From: Marispirochaeta sp.
GTDB lineage: Bacteria > Spirochaetota > Spirochaetia > JC444 > Marispirochaetaceae
Direction: 5' to 3'
Assembly (NCBI GenBank): GCA_963676835.2
Contig: CAXXFF010000002.1
Coordinates: 1,408,001-1,472,000 of the forward strand
DNA: 64,000 nucleotides
The notes beneath the pieces were generated by a model. The model was given only the letters and a program-made list of their open reading frames with translations, was not told the origin of the DNA and made no database searches. This document shows, in pieces, positions 19,321 through 28,780 of this stretch. A program made the position numbers and the translations under genes. Numbering within the stretch: the stretch's first letter is position 1; the number at the start of each line of letters is the position of its first letter.

Positions 19321-20387
19321 CAGAAACGCCGGTTATAGAACTTAGGGGATCCGAGTATGAACAGGGAGTGCAGCATGGGCGTCAGCTTAAAGAGATAATT
19401 CTCTACAATCTCGAACGGACCCGGGAAAAGCTCATCGACACCCGCTGTGATATGCAGCGCTACGAGGCATTTTTACAGAAGAATGCCACCTTTTATAAAG
19501 AGAAGCATCCTGAACTTTTTGAAGAGATGAAGGGTATTGCAGAGGGCTCCGAACTGCCCCTGGATGATATTCTTATGCTGAATATTCCTGCCTATTTTAT
19601 GACCGATTTCTTTGCACAGGAATGCACCATGATTATGGCCCGGGGCAAAGCGACAGCCGACGGCTGCACCTATGTCATCAAGAACCGGGATATGAGCATG
19701 GACATTCAGCAGCGCTCTTTTCGCCGGGTTTATCCCGACGGGCTGGTTATTGTTGAGGTAAACGGAGCAGGAATTATTACCTATCCTGCCGGGGGCTTAA
19801 ATAACCGCGGGCTGACGGTAACCACCACCGGCTTCTGGTCAAAGAAGGCCGCTCCGGTGCTGGATGATGTTGAATCCCGCCATATTTTTATGAACGTACA
19901 GCTTCTGCTGAAAAACTGCTCCACCGTGGATGAGATGCTGGAGTATATAAAGCGGGAGCCCTGCATGAACGGTCTCAACATAATTGCCGCGGATAAAGAG
20001 AAAGCTTGCGTTGTGGAGATGACCCGTGACCGCCAGGTTATTCAGTGGGATGACGGCACAGGTATTCTTTACCGGTCCAATCACTACTTTTCAGACGAAC
20101 TGAAAGAGCTGAATCCGGAACCGGAACAGTACCCATCCACCTACAATCGCTCCCGGCTGGTAAAAAGGATGCTTGATGAGCGCTACGGAAGAGTCCGCTT
20201 TCAGGACCTTTTCCGCATCCTTTCCGACCATACCGATGCTCCCAACTGCCTCTGCCGGCATCCTGAAGGGGAAGCAAAGGGAAAAACCGTTTCCACCAGC
20301 CTCTTTGTGCTGGAGGATAATGAGGCATGGACCACCCTGGGATACCCCTGTATGAGTCTTCGCTACGCAACACTTGAGGAGAAATAA
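19317..20387 (+). CDS. C45 family autoproteolytic acyltransferase/hydrolase (Ntn fold)
   Basis: G.QHG N-terminus, EEMKGIAEG, ECT (Cys nucleophile), KNRD, GLNNRGL, SNHY. Confidence 0.85.
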   Translation: MTETPVIELRGSEYEQGVQHGRQLKEIILYNLERTREKLIDTRCDMQRYEAFLQKNATFYKEKHPELFEEMKGIAEGSELPLDDILMLNIPAYFMTDFFAQECTMIMARGKATADGCTYVIKNRDMSMDIQQRSFRRVYPDGLVIVEVNGAGIITYPAGGLNNRGLTVTTTGFWSKKAAPVLDDVESRHIFMNVQLLLKNCSTVDEMLEYIKREPCMNGLNIIAADKEKACVVEMTRDRQVIQWDDGTGILYRSNHYFSDELKELNPEPEQYPSTYNRSRLVKRMLDERYGRVRFQDLFRILSDHTDAPNCLCRHPEGEAKGKTVSTSLFVLEDNEAWTTLGYPCMSLRYATLEEK

Positions 20388-21601
20388 TGAACAGCCCTGT
20401 CCATGAATATGTACAGCAACGACTTTCAAGACTGAAAGAGTCCATGATAGAGAAGGGGATTGATGCTGCATTTATCATCAAACCCGAGAATGTTTTTTAC
20501 TACAGCAATTTCAATCCCGTTCTGAACAGCCACCCGGCGATTATGCTGGTAAAGCTGGAAGGGACGGCCCAGGGGGAATCCACCCTTTTAATTCACGCCA
20601 TCCGCCACGATCATGCCCGGGATGAAGGTGCCATTGACAATATAGCCCTCTACGGCAAATGGGGGAGCCATAAAACCCTTTCCATGGATCCTGTTGAGGC
20701 GGCATCAAAGATTCTCGGCAAGGTGGAGACTCTTGGTATTGAAGAGGAGAATATCTCCTACCGTTATTTTACCAGACTCACTCAAGCACTGGGCTGTTCT
20801 AAAACAGTAGACATTTCCGGTCTCATAAAGAGTGAGAAACTGATCAAGGATGACCATGAAATCAGCTGCATGCGCATTGCTGCAAAGCTGGTTGATATCG
20901 GGGTCGAGACGGCCATTGTAGAGATTGCCCGGGGGGCCAACGAAATAGAAGCCTGTACCGAAGGGCAGTATGCCATGCGCAAGCTCTGGCAGACCCGCTA
21001 TCCGGAGCACGAAATCAGCGGCTTCGGAACCTCAGAAGGCGGAATGATCGATAGTCTCGATATGTGGTCCCTCAGTAATGAGAGGATTGCCTACGGCTGC
21101 GACTGTCCCCGGGCCTATACGCCGAAGAAGGGGGATGTGGTGCTGCCCATGGCCTGGGCCAAGGTGAGCGGCTATCATGCGGAAAATGAGCGTACCGTAA
21201 TTATGGACAGTCTCTCTGAAGAGCGGGACAGAGCCTACCGGGCCATGCTTGCAGCCCGGGCAGAGGTTTTTTCCATTCTGAAACCCGGTACTCTCTATGA
21301 AGATCTGTACAATGCCGCCGCGGCGGTATTTACCGAGTACGGTTTTGAGGAAATTCTTCCCGGAAGAATCGGCCATGGCATCGGGAATTCCGGTCATGAC
21401 TATCCTTCCCTTGCCAGGGGAAATACCATTCCGCTGCAGAAAAACATGGCCCTTACTGTTGAGCCCGGGCTTATGACCGATACCCTTGGCGGTATGCGCC
21501 ATTCCGACTCGGTTATCATTACCGAAGAGGGCTACGAATCGCTTACGGAACTGCCCAACGGGACTATCCGCATTGCCGACGGTACGGTAGAGTATCTGTA
21601 A
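20387..21601 (+). CDS. M24 family protein, creatinase-like (several metal ligands substituted)
   Basis: Creatinase_N-type start, GYHAENERT, GHGIG, TVEPG, GGMRHSD. Confidence 0.85.
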   Translation: MNSPVHEYVQQRLSRLKESMIEKGIDAAFIIKPENVFYYSNFNPVLNSHPAIMLVKLEGTAQGESTLLIHAIRHDHARDEGAIDNIALYGKWGSHKTLSMDPVEAASKILGKVETLGIEEENISYRYFTRLTQALGCSKTVDISGLIKSEKLIKDDHEISCMRIAAKLVDIGVETAIVEIARGANEIEACTEGQYAMRKLWQTRYPEHEISGFGTSEGGMIDSLDMWSLSNERIAYGCDCPRAYTPKKGDVVLPMAWAKVSGYHAENERTVIMDSLSEERDRAYRAMLAARAEVFSILKPGTLYEDLYNAAAAVFTEYGFEEILPGRIGHGIGNSGHDYPSLARGNTIPLQKNMALTVEPGLMTDTLGGMRHSDSVIITEEGYESLTELPNGTIRIADGTVEYL

Positions 21602-21632
21602 TTTCCAACTTGTGACCGGGGGGATTCTGCTT

Positions 21633-22202
21633 ATGGAAATGCTGGACAGAGTTAAAGATATGATCTGGGGTAGAAAAGATTCAGGTATTTTCAGGGAGAT
21701 TCCCACCGGCTTGTCAGGGAAACTTTTTACCAGTCCTATGCCTTTCGGTGCCTATGACAAGGGTAACCGGCTCATAAAAGCCTATCACCGTCACGGGGTG
21801 AGCCATGTCTTTTCCCTGGTTACCGATGCGGAAGTTGAGAAAAAGGCACGGAAAAACATTTTTAAAGAATATGCTTCAGCAGGGATAGGTTGTTCCCGCT
21901 ATGTTATACAGGATTTTCAGGCTCCCGAAATCAAGCTTATGCAGGATCTGGTGGCCGAAGGTGTGGACCGTCTCAGAAAGGGAGAGAAGATTATTATCCA
22001 CTGTCATGCCGGAGTCGGCCGCACCGCAGTTGCTGCTGCCTGTATCTACATGAAGGTTAAAAATTGTTCAGCCGACAGCGCCATAGACCATGTAAAAGCC
22101 GACATGATGGTGAATCTTACTGCAGAACAGAAACGACTGATTCATCTCTTCGGAGAGCACCTGTCAGTTAAACCCTGGGGCGGTAACGGAACTCAATCCT
22201 AA
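21633..22202 (+). CDS. dual-specificity/protein-tyrosine phosphatase family protein
   Basis: IHCHAGVGRT (CX5R) and QDFQAP acid loop. Confidence 0.85.
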   Translation: MEMLDRVKDMIWGRKDSGIFREIPTGLSGKLFTSPMPFGAYDKGNRLIKAYHRHGVSHVFSLVTDAEVEKKARKNIFKEYASAGIGCSRYVIQDFQAPEIKLMQDLVAEGVDRLRKGEKIIIHCHAGVGRTAVAAACIYMKVKNCSADSAIDHVKADMMVNLTAEQKRLIHLFGEHLSVKPWGGNGTQS

Positions 22203-24398
22203 ATAAATCCCCGGGCGCAGATCTCCGTTCAGTTCAAAGCGCAGGCTGAGCTCTCCTACAGGAAAATTTGCAATCAAACCGGTACTGCCTCCGTAATACC
22301 AGTCCGGTTCGGTGCTGCTCAGCTCCATCCCCGGAGGCTGCAGAGCCGCGGCATTGGCAGTAATCTGAATAAATATCTCCCGGCCCAGCAGCAGAGGAAG
22401 TCTGCCGATCTGTTTGCGTATATTCAATGCTGCTGTAGCATAGGCGCCTGCAGCTATTTCACCGGGCAGGTAGCCGTGAAAGCCCGCGTTCTTTCCGAGG
22501 AAAAAATACTCCGACTCTTTCGGTGAATCTGCAAGGTTGATACCGCCATCCCCCCGGGAGGTGATAATAAGCCCCGGCAGGATTGGCAGGAAGCCGTTTC
22601 CGTTCCAGCTCACCGAACTGATCAGACGGCTCCCTTCTTCCAGGGCTGTATCATTTTCTATTCTCAGGCTGACCCCTGATTCGGGGTTTACCGGATCGTC
22701 CAGGGTATCCAGGGTAAAGGAGGTTCTTCCTCCGATTCTGCTCCAGCCTTCTCCGGGCAGAACATTTTCGCCAAGCTGACGATTAAAATAGCAGTACTCG
22801 GCGTAGGGCTGCAGGGTAAGATGGAAATACACACTTGGAGCCAGGGTGAGCAGCATATCTCCCCCTGCCCGGGTAAGGGAATAAAAGCTGTCCAGGGTGC
22901 TGCCGTCGTAATAATAGACTGGTTCCTGCTCCAGGTAGCCGAATACCGAAGCCAGCAGGCTGTTCTGATTGGTAGTCATGTATCCCGTACGGATAGACCC
23001 GGTATTAGATACACTGATAAAGGTAACCAGCCCCGATACTCGTTCTCTACCGAAAGGTTTGATCAGAGCGGTTTCCAGCTTTCCACGGTGGAGAGTGCTG
23101 CCGGCAAAATACCCAGTATATTCCACCCCGAAACCAACCAGCACATCGGGAAGCTGAATGCTGGCAATATCAGCTTCCAGGGTGTAGCCCCCGGAAGAAT
23201 CGGGCAGAAGCCGGTAGGAGCAGCGTTTAAATCTGCCGCTGTCATAAAGATCCGCAAAAATATCCCGCAGCCGGCTGTTGGATATTTCCCCGGGGATCAA
23301 CTCGTTCAGCTGTGTTAGTATTTCCTTTGTATAAGGGTCTGAGTCTGCAAGAATTATTTTCCTGATTTTCAGCATACCTTTCCCCGGGTGGGGGTTCCGG
23401 TTCTTTTTCAGATCATCCTGAAGGGCGGCTATTTCTGTCAGCCTGCTCATAACGGCTTTTCCCGCAGTATAGCCGATCTCAATCAGCTCAGCGCCCTTGT
23501 CAAAATCTGCCATGGTATATCCGGACAATTCCGGGCGGATTACCAGATTGGAAATATCTTCATCGGAACCATAGGCGTCGGTGAGCAGCAGCTCTGTTGA
23601 CTGTTGAGACACAGCAGAAAGGGTTGTTAACTTGTCCGCTGTGGGCTGAAGGCTTCCCAGAGGAACGGTAATAATTACATCTGCTCCCATTTCGACGGCG
23701 GTAATGGCCGGCACGTTATCGACCCAGCCGCCGTCAATAAGGTAGCGGTTCCTGTAATGAACCGGTGTAAATATTCCGGGTACCGCCATGGAGGCCCGGA
23801 TGACTGTCTTAAGATCGCCGTAATCGAAAACAATCTTTTCTCCCGTAACCAGGTCGGTTGAGACTGCCCTGAAGCGGCGGGGCAGGGTATCGAAGTCCAT
23901 CTCTACCGGATAGGCGTACAGCAGGCTGTCGAGAAATTCCAGCACATGCTGGGCATGGGAAATTCCCACATCGGTTACAATGTTATCCTTGTAAAAGGGG
24001 AGTACCACCGGAAATGCGGTACGCAGAAGGCGCTGCTCAAAGACCATTTTATCCCGGCTGTAGTTATCAAAAAGAATTTCCTGCCAGTCGCTTTCGAGAA
24101 CCAGCTTCTTCATCTCCTGCGGTGAATATCCCGCAGAGTAGAGGCCGCCGACAATGCTGCCTATACTGGTCCCGACAACAATGTCCGGATCGACCCCGGC
24201 CTCTTCCATGGCAAGCAGCACCCCCACATGGGCAAATCCCAGGGCTCCGCCGCCGCCGAGAACCAGACCGATCCGGGGAGCTGAAGTTTCTGTCTGCTGT
24301 TCCGGCAGGGTCTCTGAAAACAGAGGCCATACCGGAACTGAGAAGATAAACAACAGGAAAAATAAAACTTTATGGATAGGGAAATTTCTGGTCTTCAA
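22164..24398 (-). CDS. patatin-like phospholipase with C-terminal outer-membrane beta-barrel (PlpD-like)
   Basis: Signal peptide, GGGGALG, GTSIG, DGG; beta-rich C-terminal ~400 aa with LDTLDDPVNPESG; TTG start at 24398 inferred. Confidence 0.8.
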   Translation of the reverse strand: MKTRNFPIHKVLFFLLFIFSVPVWPLFSETLPEQQTETSAPRIGLVLGGGGALGFAHVGVLLAMEEAGVDPDIVVGTSIGSIVGGLYSAGYSPQEMKKLVLESDWQEILFDNYSRDKMVFEQRLLRTAFPVVLPFYKDNIVTDVGISHAQHVLEFLDSLLYAYPVEMDFDTLPRRFRAVSTDLVTGEKIVFDYGDLKTVIRASMAVPGIFTPVHYRNRYLIDGGWVDNVPAITAVEMGADVIITVPLGSLQPTADKLTTLSAVSQQSTELLLTDAYGSDEDISNLVIRPELSGYTMADFDKGAELIEIGYTAGKAVMSRLTEIAALQDDLKKNRNPHPGKGMLKIRKIILADSDPYTKEILTQLNELIPGEISNSRLRDIFADLYDSGRFKRCSYRLLPDSSGGYTLEADIASIQLPDVLVGFGVEYTGYFAGSTLHRGKLETALIKPFGRERVSGLVTFISVSNTGSIRTGYMTTNQNSLLASVFGYLEQEPVYYYDGSTLDSFYSLTRAGGDMLLTLAPSVYFHLTLQPYAEYCYFNRQLGENVLPGEGWSRIGGRTSFTLDTLDDPVNPESGVSLRIENDTALEEGSRLISSVSWNGNGFLPILPGLIITSRGDGGINLADSPKESEYFFLGKNAGFHGYLPGEIAAGAYATAALNIRKQIGRLPLLLGREIFIQITANAAALQPPGMELSSTEPDWYYGGSTGLIANFPVGELSLRFELNGDLRPGIYLGLSSVTAPGFN

Positions 24399-24414
24399 AA
24401 TTTGAGTGCACCTG

Positions 24415-24888
24415 TTATCCCAGAAATTTTCTGATAATTCTTCCGATGAAACCCGAGGTTTTGCGTGAAATTCCACGGCTGACTTCCCTGCTCACCTGAT
24501 TTTTTACGGAATTGAGCAGATTTTCCGGGGATAAATTCTGTTTGATACTTCCTCTGCTGCTTTTTTCTTCGTTAACTGGCGCAGAGGCTCCTCCTCCCTG
24601 AGCGTATGACCATGCCGTCATGGTTTTCCAATCAGCGGTACTGCCCAGATAGGCGGTAAACATTTTTTCAATTGTGTCACCGGATACAATACTATCGGCT
24701 TCGTAATGACCTGTAGGGTCCTGGTACTCAGCAATAAAGCCTGTATCTAACAGGGCACACTGAATATAGTTCTCCCCGTCAGAGAGGATAAGGAAGTTAT
24801 TATCATCCGACAGCGACTTAAGCTGCTTGATCAGATCTGTTTCATCCACATTCTGCATTTGTGTTCCGTTTGCGGTTTCAATCTTCAT
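24415..24888 (-). CDS. hypothetical protein
   Basis: 157 aa ORF with RBS (gggagag); no family recognised. Confidence 0.65.
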   Translation of the reverse strand: MKIETANGTQMQNVDETDLIKQLKSLSDDNNFLILSDGENYIQCALLDTGFIAEYQDPTGHYEADSIVSGDTIEKMFTAYLGSTADWKTMTAWSYAQGGGASAPVNEEKSSRGSIKQNLSPENLLNSVKNQVSREVSRGISRKTSGFIGRIIRKFLG

Positions 24889-24957
24889 ATTTCTCTCCCT
24901 CTCTTGGTATACCTTATTGTACCACGTCCCACCCGGTAAATGTGGTACAATAAGGTA

Positions 24958-25620
24958 ATGGGTATGAGGTGGTCTTTTCCCGGTATAATTTTCTTAATGA
25001 CTGCCATGCATCTTTCTGCCGGAGGTGTCTCGGAGGAGGTCCATACCTCCTTTAAGGCAGGTCCCGGATATGAGGTGGATGGGGATACCTGTTTTCTGCT
25101 TACCTACCACCTGTACAAGGTCCCTGAGGGGGTGCGCCGCTTTCCTGACGGCGGCATTTCCAAAACTGTTTTTCTCGGTACATATCTGATGAAGCTTGAT
25201 AATGGAGCCGCTGTTATAGAGAAAGAGTTTCCGGGCGACCCGGTTCCCATGAACAGGGTTCCCTATGCATGGAAGGAAACTGTCGGCAGCGGAGTAAAAG
25301 CGGATGGCTATGACATGAATGTCACCAACAGATTGCTTCGTAGCGTAGGGCCTGCAGCCTGCGGACTCCCTTCGCCATTAGACTATATGGATAAAAAGAG
25401 CTCTTTGTATCTGCGTGATCTTGTCTCCCTGAAAGGAGATCTCCAGTATAGAAAAGAGATAATCCGAACCATGGTACCAACTTCCTCGGAGGCCGAAGAT
25501 CTTCTTGATCAAATGGATTCCTACGAGAAGAGACTCGATGGCCTTGAGTTGACCGAATACCGGATCTTTGCAGAGGTTTCCCGGCAGGCATTGAAAGAAA
25601 AAGCGGGAATGGAGGAATAG
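24958..25620 (+). CDS. hypothetical exported protein
   Basis: Signal-peptide-like N-terminus; closely followed by the next gene. Confidence 0.6.
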   Translation: MGMRWSFPGIIFLMTAMHLSAGGVSEEVHTSFKAGPGYEVDGDTCFLLTYHLYKVPEGVRRFPDGGISKTVFLGTYLMKLDNGAAVIEKEFPGDPVPMNRVPYAWKETVGSGVKADGYDMNVTNRLLRSVGPAACGLPSPLDYMDKKSSLYLRDLVSLKGDLQYRKEIIRTMVPTSSEAEDLLDQMDSYEKRLDGLELTEYRIFAEVSRQALKEKAGMEE

Positions 25621-25625
25621 TTGTT

Positions 25626-26360
25626 ATGAAAAAGGTGTTCAGCTCTCTGGTGTTACTAATGCTTCTCTCCAGTCTTTCGGCAGAAGACAAGGGCTGGGAA
25701 AAGCTTGAAATCTCTCTGGACGAATCGGTCTGGGCAAGTTCGGTCCTGACTGAAACTCTCGGCGGAAAACAGATGAGCTACGGCCCTGAGGCTCTGTTTG
25801 ACAATGATCTCTCTTCTCCCTGGGTTGAAGGGGCGGAAGGTGACGGCATTGGGGAGTCGGTTCTTATTACGACGCAGCAAATAGTCTCCCGGCTGGAACT
25901 CAATAACGGGTTTGCCTCGTCTTCACGTCTGTTTCTGCGGAATAACCGTATAAAGCGGCTTTCTGTCTCTTTTGTTGCCGGATTAACGGCCCCGGGCCTG
26001 GTTACAGAACGGGATTATTATCTCTATTTCACCCGGGAACAGCCTCTGGATCAGGTGTTTGCTCTGGAGGATACTCCCGAAATTCAGGGCATAGACCTCT
26101 CTTTATCAGAATCTGAGCAGGCTGATTTTTTTGAAGAAACAATCCTGGCATTTTCTAAGGACTATCCCGATTTTTATGCCATGATACTTAAGGATCTCGG
26201 TATTCCTCCGGAGGAGGGCGATTCACTTATGTACCGGAAGCTGATCATGGAGATGTACGGTTTTTTCGGTATCCGCATTGCCATAGCGGAGGTCTACCCC
26301 GGAACCCACTATAACGACACCTGCCTTGCGGAGCTTGAACTTGAGTTTGAAGACTTTTAG
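25626..26360 (+). CDS. exported protein with discoidin-like (NADase-type glycan-binding) domain
   Basis: ASS.L, FDNDLSSPWVEG..GDGIGE, NNRIK, EVYPG..YNDTC. Confidence 0.65.
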   Translation: MKKVFSSLVLLMLLSSLSAEDKGWEKLEISLDESVWASSVLTETLGGKQMSYGPEALFDNDLSSPWVEGAEGDGIGESVLITTQQIVSRLELNNGFASSSRLFLRNNRIKRLSVSFVAGLTAPGLVTERDYYLYFTREQPLDQVFALEDTPEIQGIDLSLSESEQADFFEETILAFSKDYPDFYAMILKDLGIPPEEGDSLMYRKLIMEMYGFFGIRIAIAEVYPGTHYNDTCLAELELEFEDF

Positions 26361-26374
26361 GACTGGTAAGAGTT

Positions 26375-26854
26375 TTACCCCTTCCCTTCAAGAAGCTGAC
26401 TAATGCTCTCCACCAGCAGGTCATGATCATCGAAATGATTCGGCAGGCCGGAGATGCAGATGGAGCCGATCATGCCGCTGCCGTTCAGCATGATGGGATA
26501 GCCGCCTCCAACGTCGGCAAAATCATTGGGGTTGATCTTTCTGTCTTCCAGGGTTTTATCCTTCATCTCCAGCCAGTAGCGGAACCGCAGGGTGGACATC
26601 TGCATCAGTTCTACACTGCGTCGTTTACGCTGCAGCCATAGAGCGGTATCTGCTCGGACACCGTCGGCAAAGAAGCGGAATACCAACAGACCGATGATGG
26701 TAATTTCAATACCCACCGGATCCGGGTACCGTTTGCTTTTTTCGTTGAGGATCAGTCCGAGGTTGAGAGCATCACTGCGCGAAAATGCAGTAAAGGTAAG
26801 CTTTTCCTCCTCATTCTGAAGTTCCAGATACCTCTTTTCAGCTTCTTTATTCAT
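26375..26854 (-). CDS. heme-degrading/UPF0303 family protein
   Basis: EE.L.F..FS..DA..LG, WLQRKRR, GGGYPI, ISGLP...DHDL. Confidence 0.8.
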   Translation of the reverse strand: MNKEAEKRYLELQNEEEKLTFTAFSRSDALNLGLILNEKSKRYPDPVGIEITIIGLLVFRFFADGVRADTALWLQRKRRSVELMQMSTLRFRYWLEMKDKTLEDRKINPNDFADVGGGYPIMLNGSGMIGSICISGLPNHFDDHDLLVESISQLLEGKG

Positions 26855-26968
26855 GGCTTTCTCCTTTTTTTCCGGTCTTCATTCCGTCCCTTTATTTCGT
26901 TCGCTTGCGTCTGAGCTGCGTACACTTCTCTCGCTGATCGGATAGACACCTTTTTTCCTTTATTGGGT

Positions 26969-28780
26969 CTATTGCCCCAATTGCCCCAAATGAAGAGATA
27001 TATAGGTTTTTCCCCTTTCAAAGCGACTGCTGCTGGGAATGAGAGTGCCGTCCACATCAAGTATTGTAACATTTTTGTTTCCCGGAACTTCAAAGCCTGT
27101 AAGGGGATGCACGCTCTCTTTCTTCTGGTTCAGTCTTATGGTAAGGGTGTTTCCGGAGCTCTCGGCTCCGATGATGCGGACAGTACTCCGGTCCCGCCAG
27201 AAATCACCGAACTCACCCATTGCTCCCATCCATGCTCTTTTTGCGGCAGCGTGGGCCATTAGTGCCTCCTGAGCCTCAAGCTTGAAGCTTCTGTTGCGGG
27301 TGTCTGAAGGATGTACCAGCAGCACAGTGATGGAGTTGTTGTCGGCGTTGGCATCATGTACCTTTTTCCATTGAGTTACGGCGTCTTCAATGGTGTCTTC
27401 TGTAAGAAAGTCCAGGGCGTCATCCAGTGTTACCGGAATTTCAATTATCTGCGATTCCGCCGATCCAGGGCGGCGTTCGGTAAAAGCAAAGTAGGGGAAC
27501 GAAGTAAGAACATCGTTTGCGGAGAATGACGAATCATATGCATAGCCGGAGGATTCCAGGATCTCGATAAGCTCCGGCGGAAATGCCAGGTATCCCGCCC
27601 GGAAGGTTCCGGTGTTCTGTCCGCGGATGTCCCGGTCCAGAAGCTCCTTGCTTACCCGGGCCTCGCCGTTTATGGTAATGCCCTTCTGCGGATGGTAGTT
27701 TGCAAAATTCACATTCGGTGTGCCCGCCGGGGCTCTGGTAAAATCATAGGAATGGGCTACCGTATGACTGCCGATCTCATGACCCCGTCGGGCAAGCTCT
27801 CTTACGGCTTGCAGATTTTCGGGCACTATGTAGTAGCCGATATCCGCTGCATCGGTAAAGTATTTTGTATTGATAAAATAGGTTCCCCGGGCGCCGTATT
27901 TCTCTTCCAGAGCGGCAAATTTCAGGGAGTCCATAAAGGATGTCTGGGCGTCAATATCGTGGCTCAGAAGCAGGGCTGTACTTCTTGCCTGGGGAACTGC
28001 ACTAATGGCAACAGGCGACTTTGCATATCCTTCATACAGGGCTTTTACCAGGAGCATGATGGTATCCGCTGAAGGTTCAACGCTGTTTACAAAAAGCCGC
28101 TGGGCTTCGTAATCACCTCCGGTCTGGGGCAGCATTACTGTCTCTTCAAAGCTGACACCCAGGAAATAGGCAATCCCTCGGCCATAGTAGTTTCTCACAA
28201 GGGCCGCACTGCCGTCGGGGAAGCTGGCCAGAACGGCTCCCATGCCATCTGATTCTGCCCCATGAGACCATATTACTTCATTATAGGTGTTATCGTAGCC
28301 GTTGCCGAGGCTGATGGTCTTTTCGTTGGGATGATCTATATAGGCTAAAAGAGGATCATCATAAAATGTATGAAAAATAATTCTTTCCCGTTTTTTTGTG
28401 GAAACTATAGAGTTAATTCCCAGAAGCGGGTAGAGCCTGGAACCCGCCGGGCCCGGAATCAACAGAATACCTCCATCATCAACAAACTGGTAAAGAGCGT
28501 TCTCCCAGGGGGCCGTAAGGCGGTTATTTGCCGGGCCTGCCGCCATGACGGCTACATCGAAGTCTTGCAGTTTTTCCGGAGCGGAAACAGTGCTGTGAGG
28601 AATACCCAGTATCTCGGGAATCCGGCGGAGGGCATGTTCATCAATACGTGCTTTTTCGCTCTTCTCTCCCACCGGGGAAATCAGAGCAAGGCTGTAATCC
28701 CCGGGAGGCATACTCCATAACAGTGCAGCAGGAAGCAGCAGGACTGCGGCGACATACAGCAGAAAGGTTGGCCGGGTCAT
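26969..28780 (-). CDS. exported polysaccharide deacetylase family protein with N-terminal glutamine-amidotransferase-like domain
   Basis: SHDID, GHEIGSHT, FRAGYL, YDSS, EIPVTLDD, LVHP. Confidence 0.75.
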   Translation of the reverse strand: MTRPTFLLYVAAVLLLPAALLWSMPPGDYSLALISPVGEKSEKARIDEHALRRIPEILGIPHSTVSAPEKLQDFDVAVMAAGPANNRLTAPWENALYQFVDDGGILLIPGPAGSRLYPLLGINSIVSTKKRERIIFHTFYDDPLLAYIDHPNEKTISLGNGYDNTYNEVIWSHGAESDGMGAVLASFPDGSAALVRNYYGRGIAYFLGVSFEETVMLPQTGGDYEAQRLFVNSVEPSADTIMLLVKALYEGYAKSPVAISAVPQARSTALLLSHDIDAQTSFMDSLKFAALEEKYGARGTYFINTKYFTDAADIGYYIVPENLQAVRELARRGHEIGSHTVAHSYDFTRAPAGTPNVNFANYHPQKGITINGEARVSKELLDRDIRGQNTGTFRAGYLAFPPELIEILESSGYAYDSSFSANDVLTSFPYFAFTERRPGSAESQIIEIPVTLDDALDFLTEDTIEDAVTQWKKVHDANADNNSITVLLVHPSDTRNRSFKLEAQEALMAHAAAKRAWMGAMGEFGDFWRDRSTVRIIGAESSGNTLTIRLNQKKESVHPLTGFEVPGNKNVTILDVDGTLIPSSSRFERGKTYISLHLGQLGQ

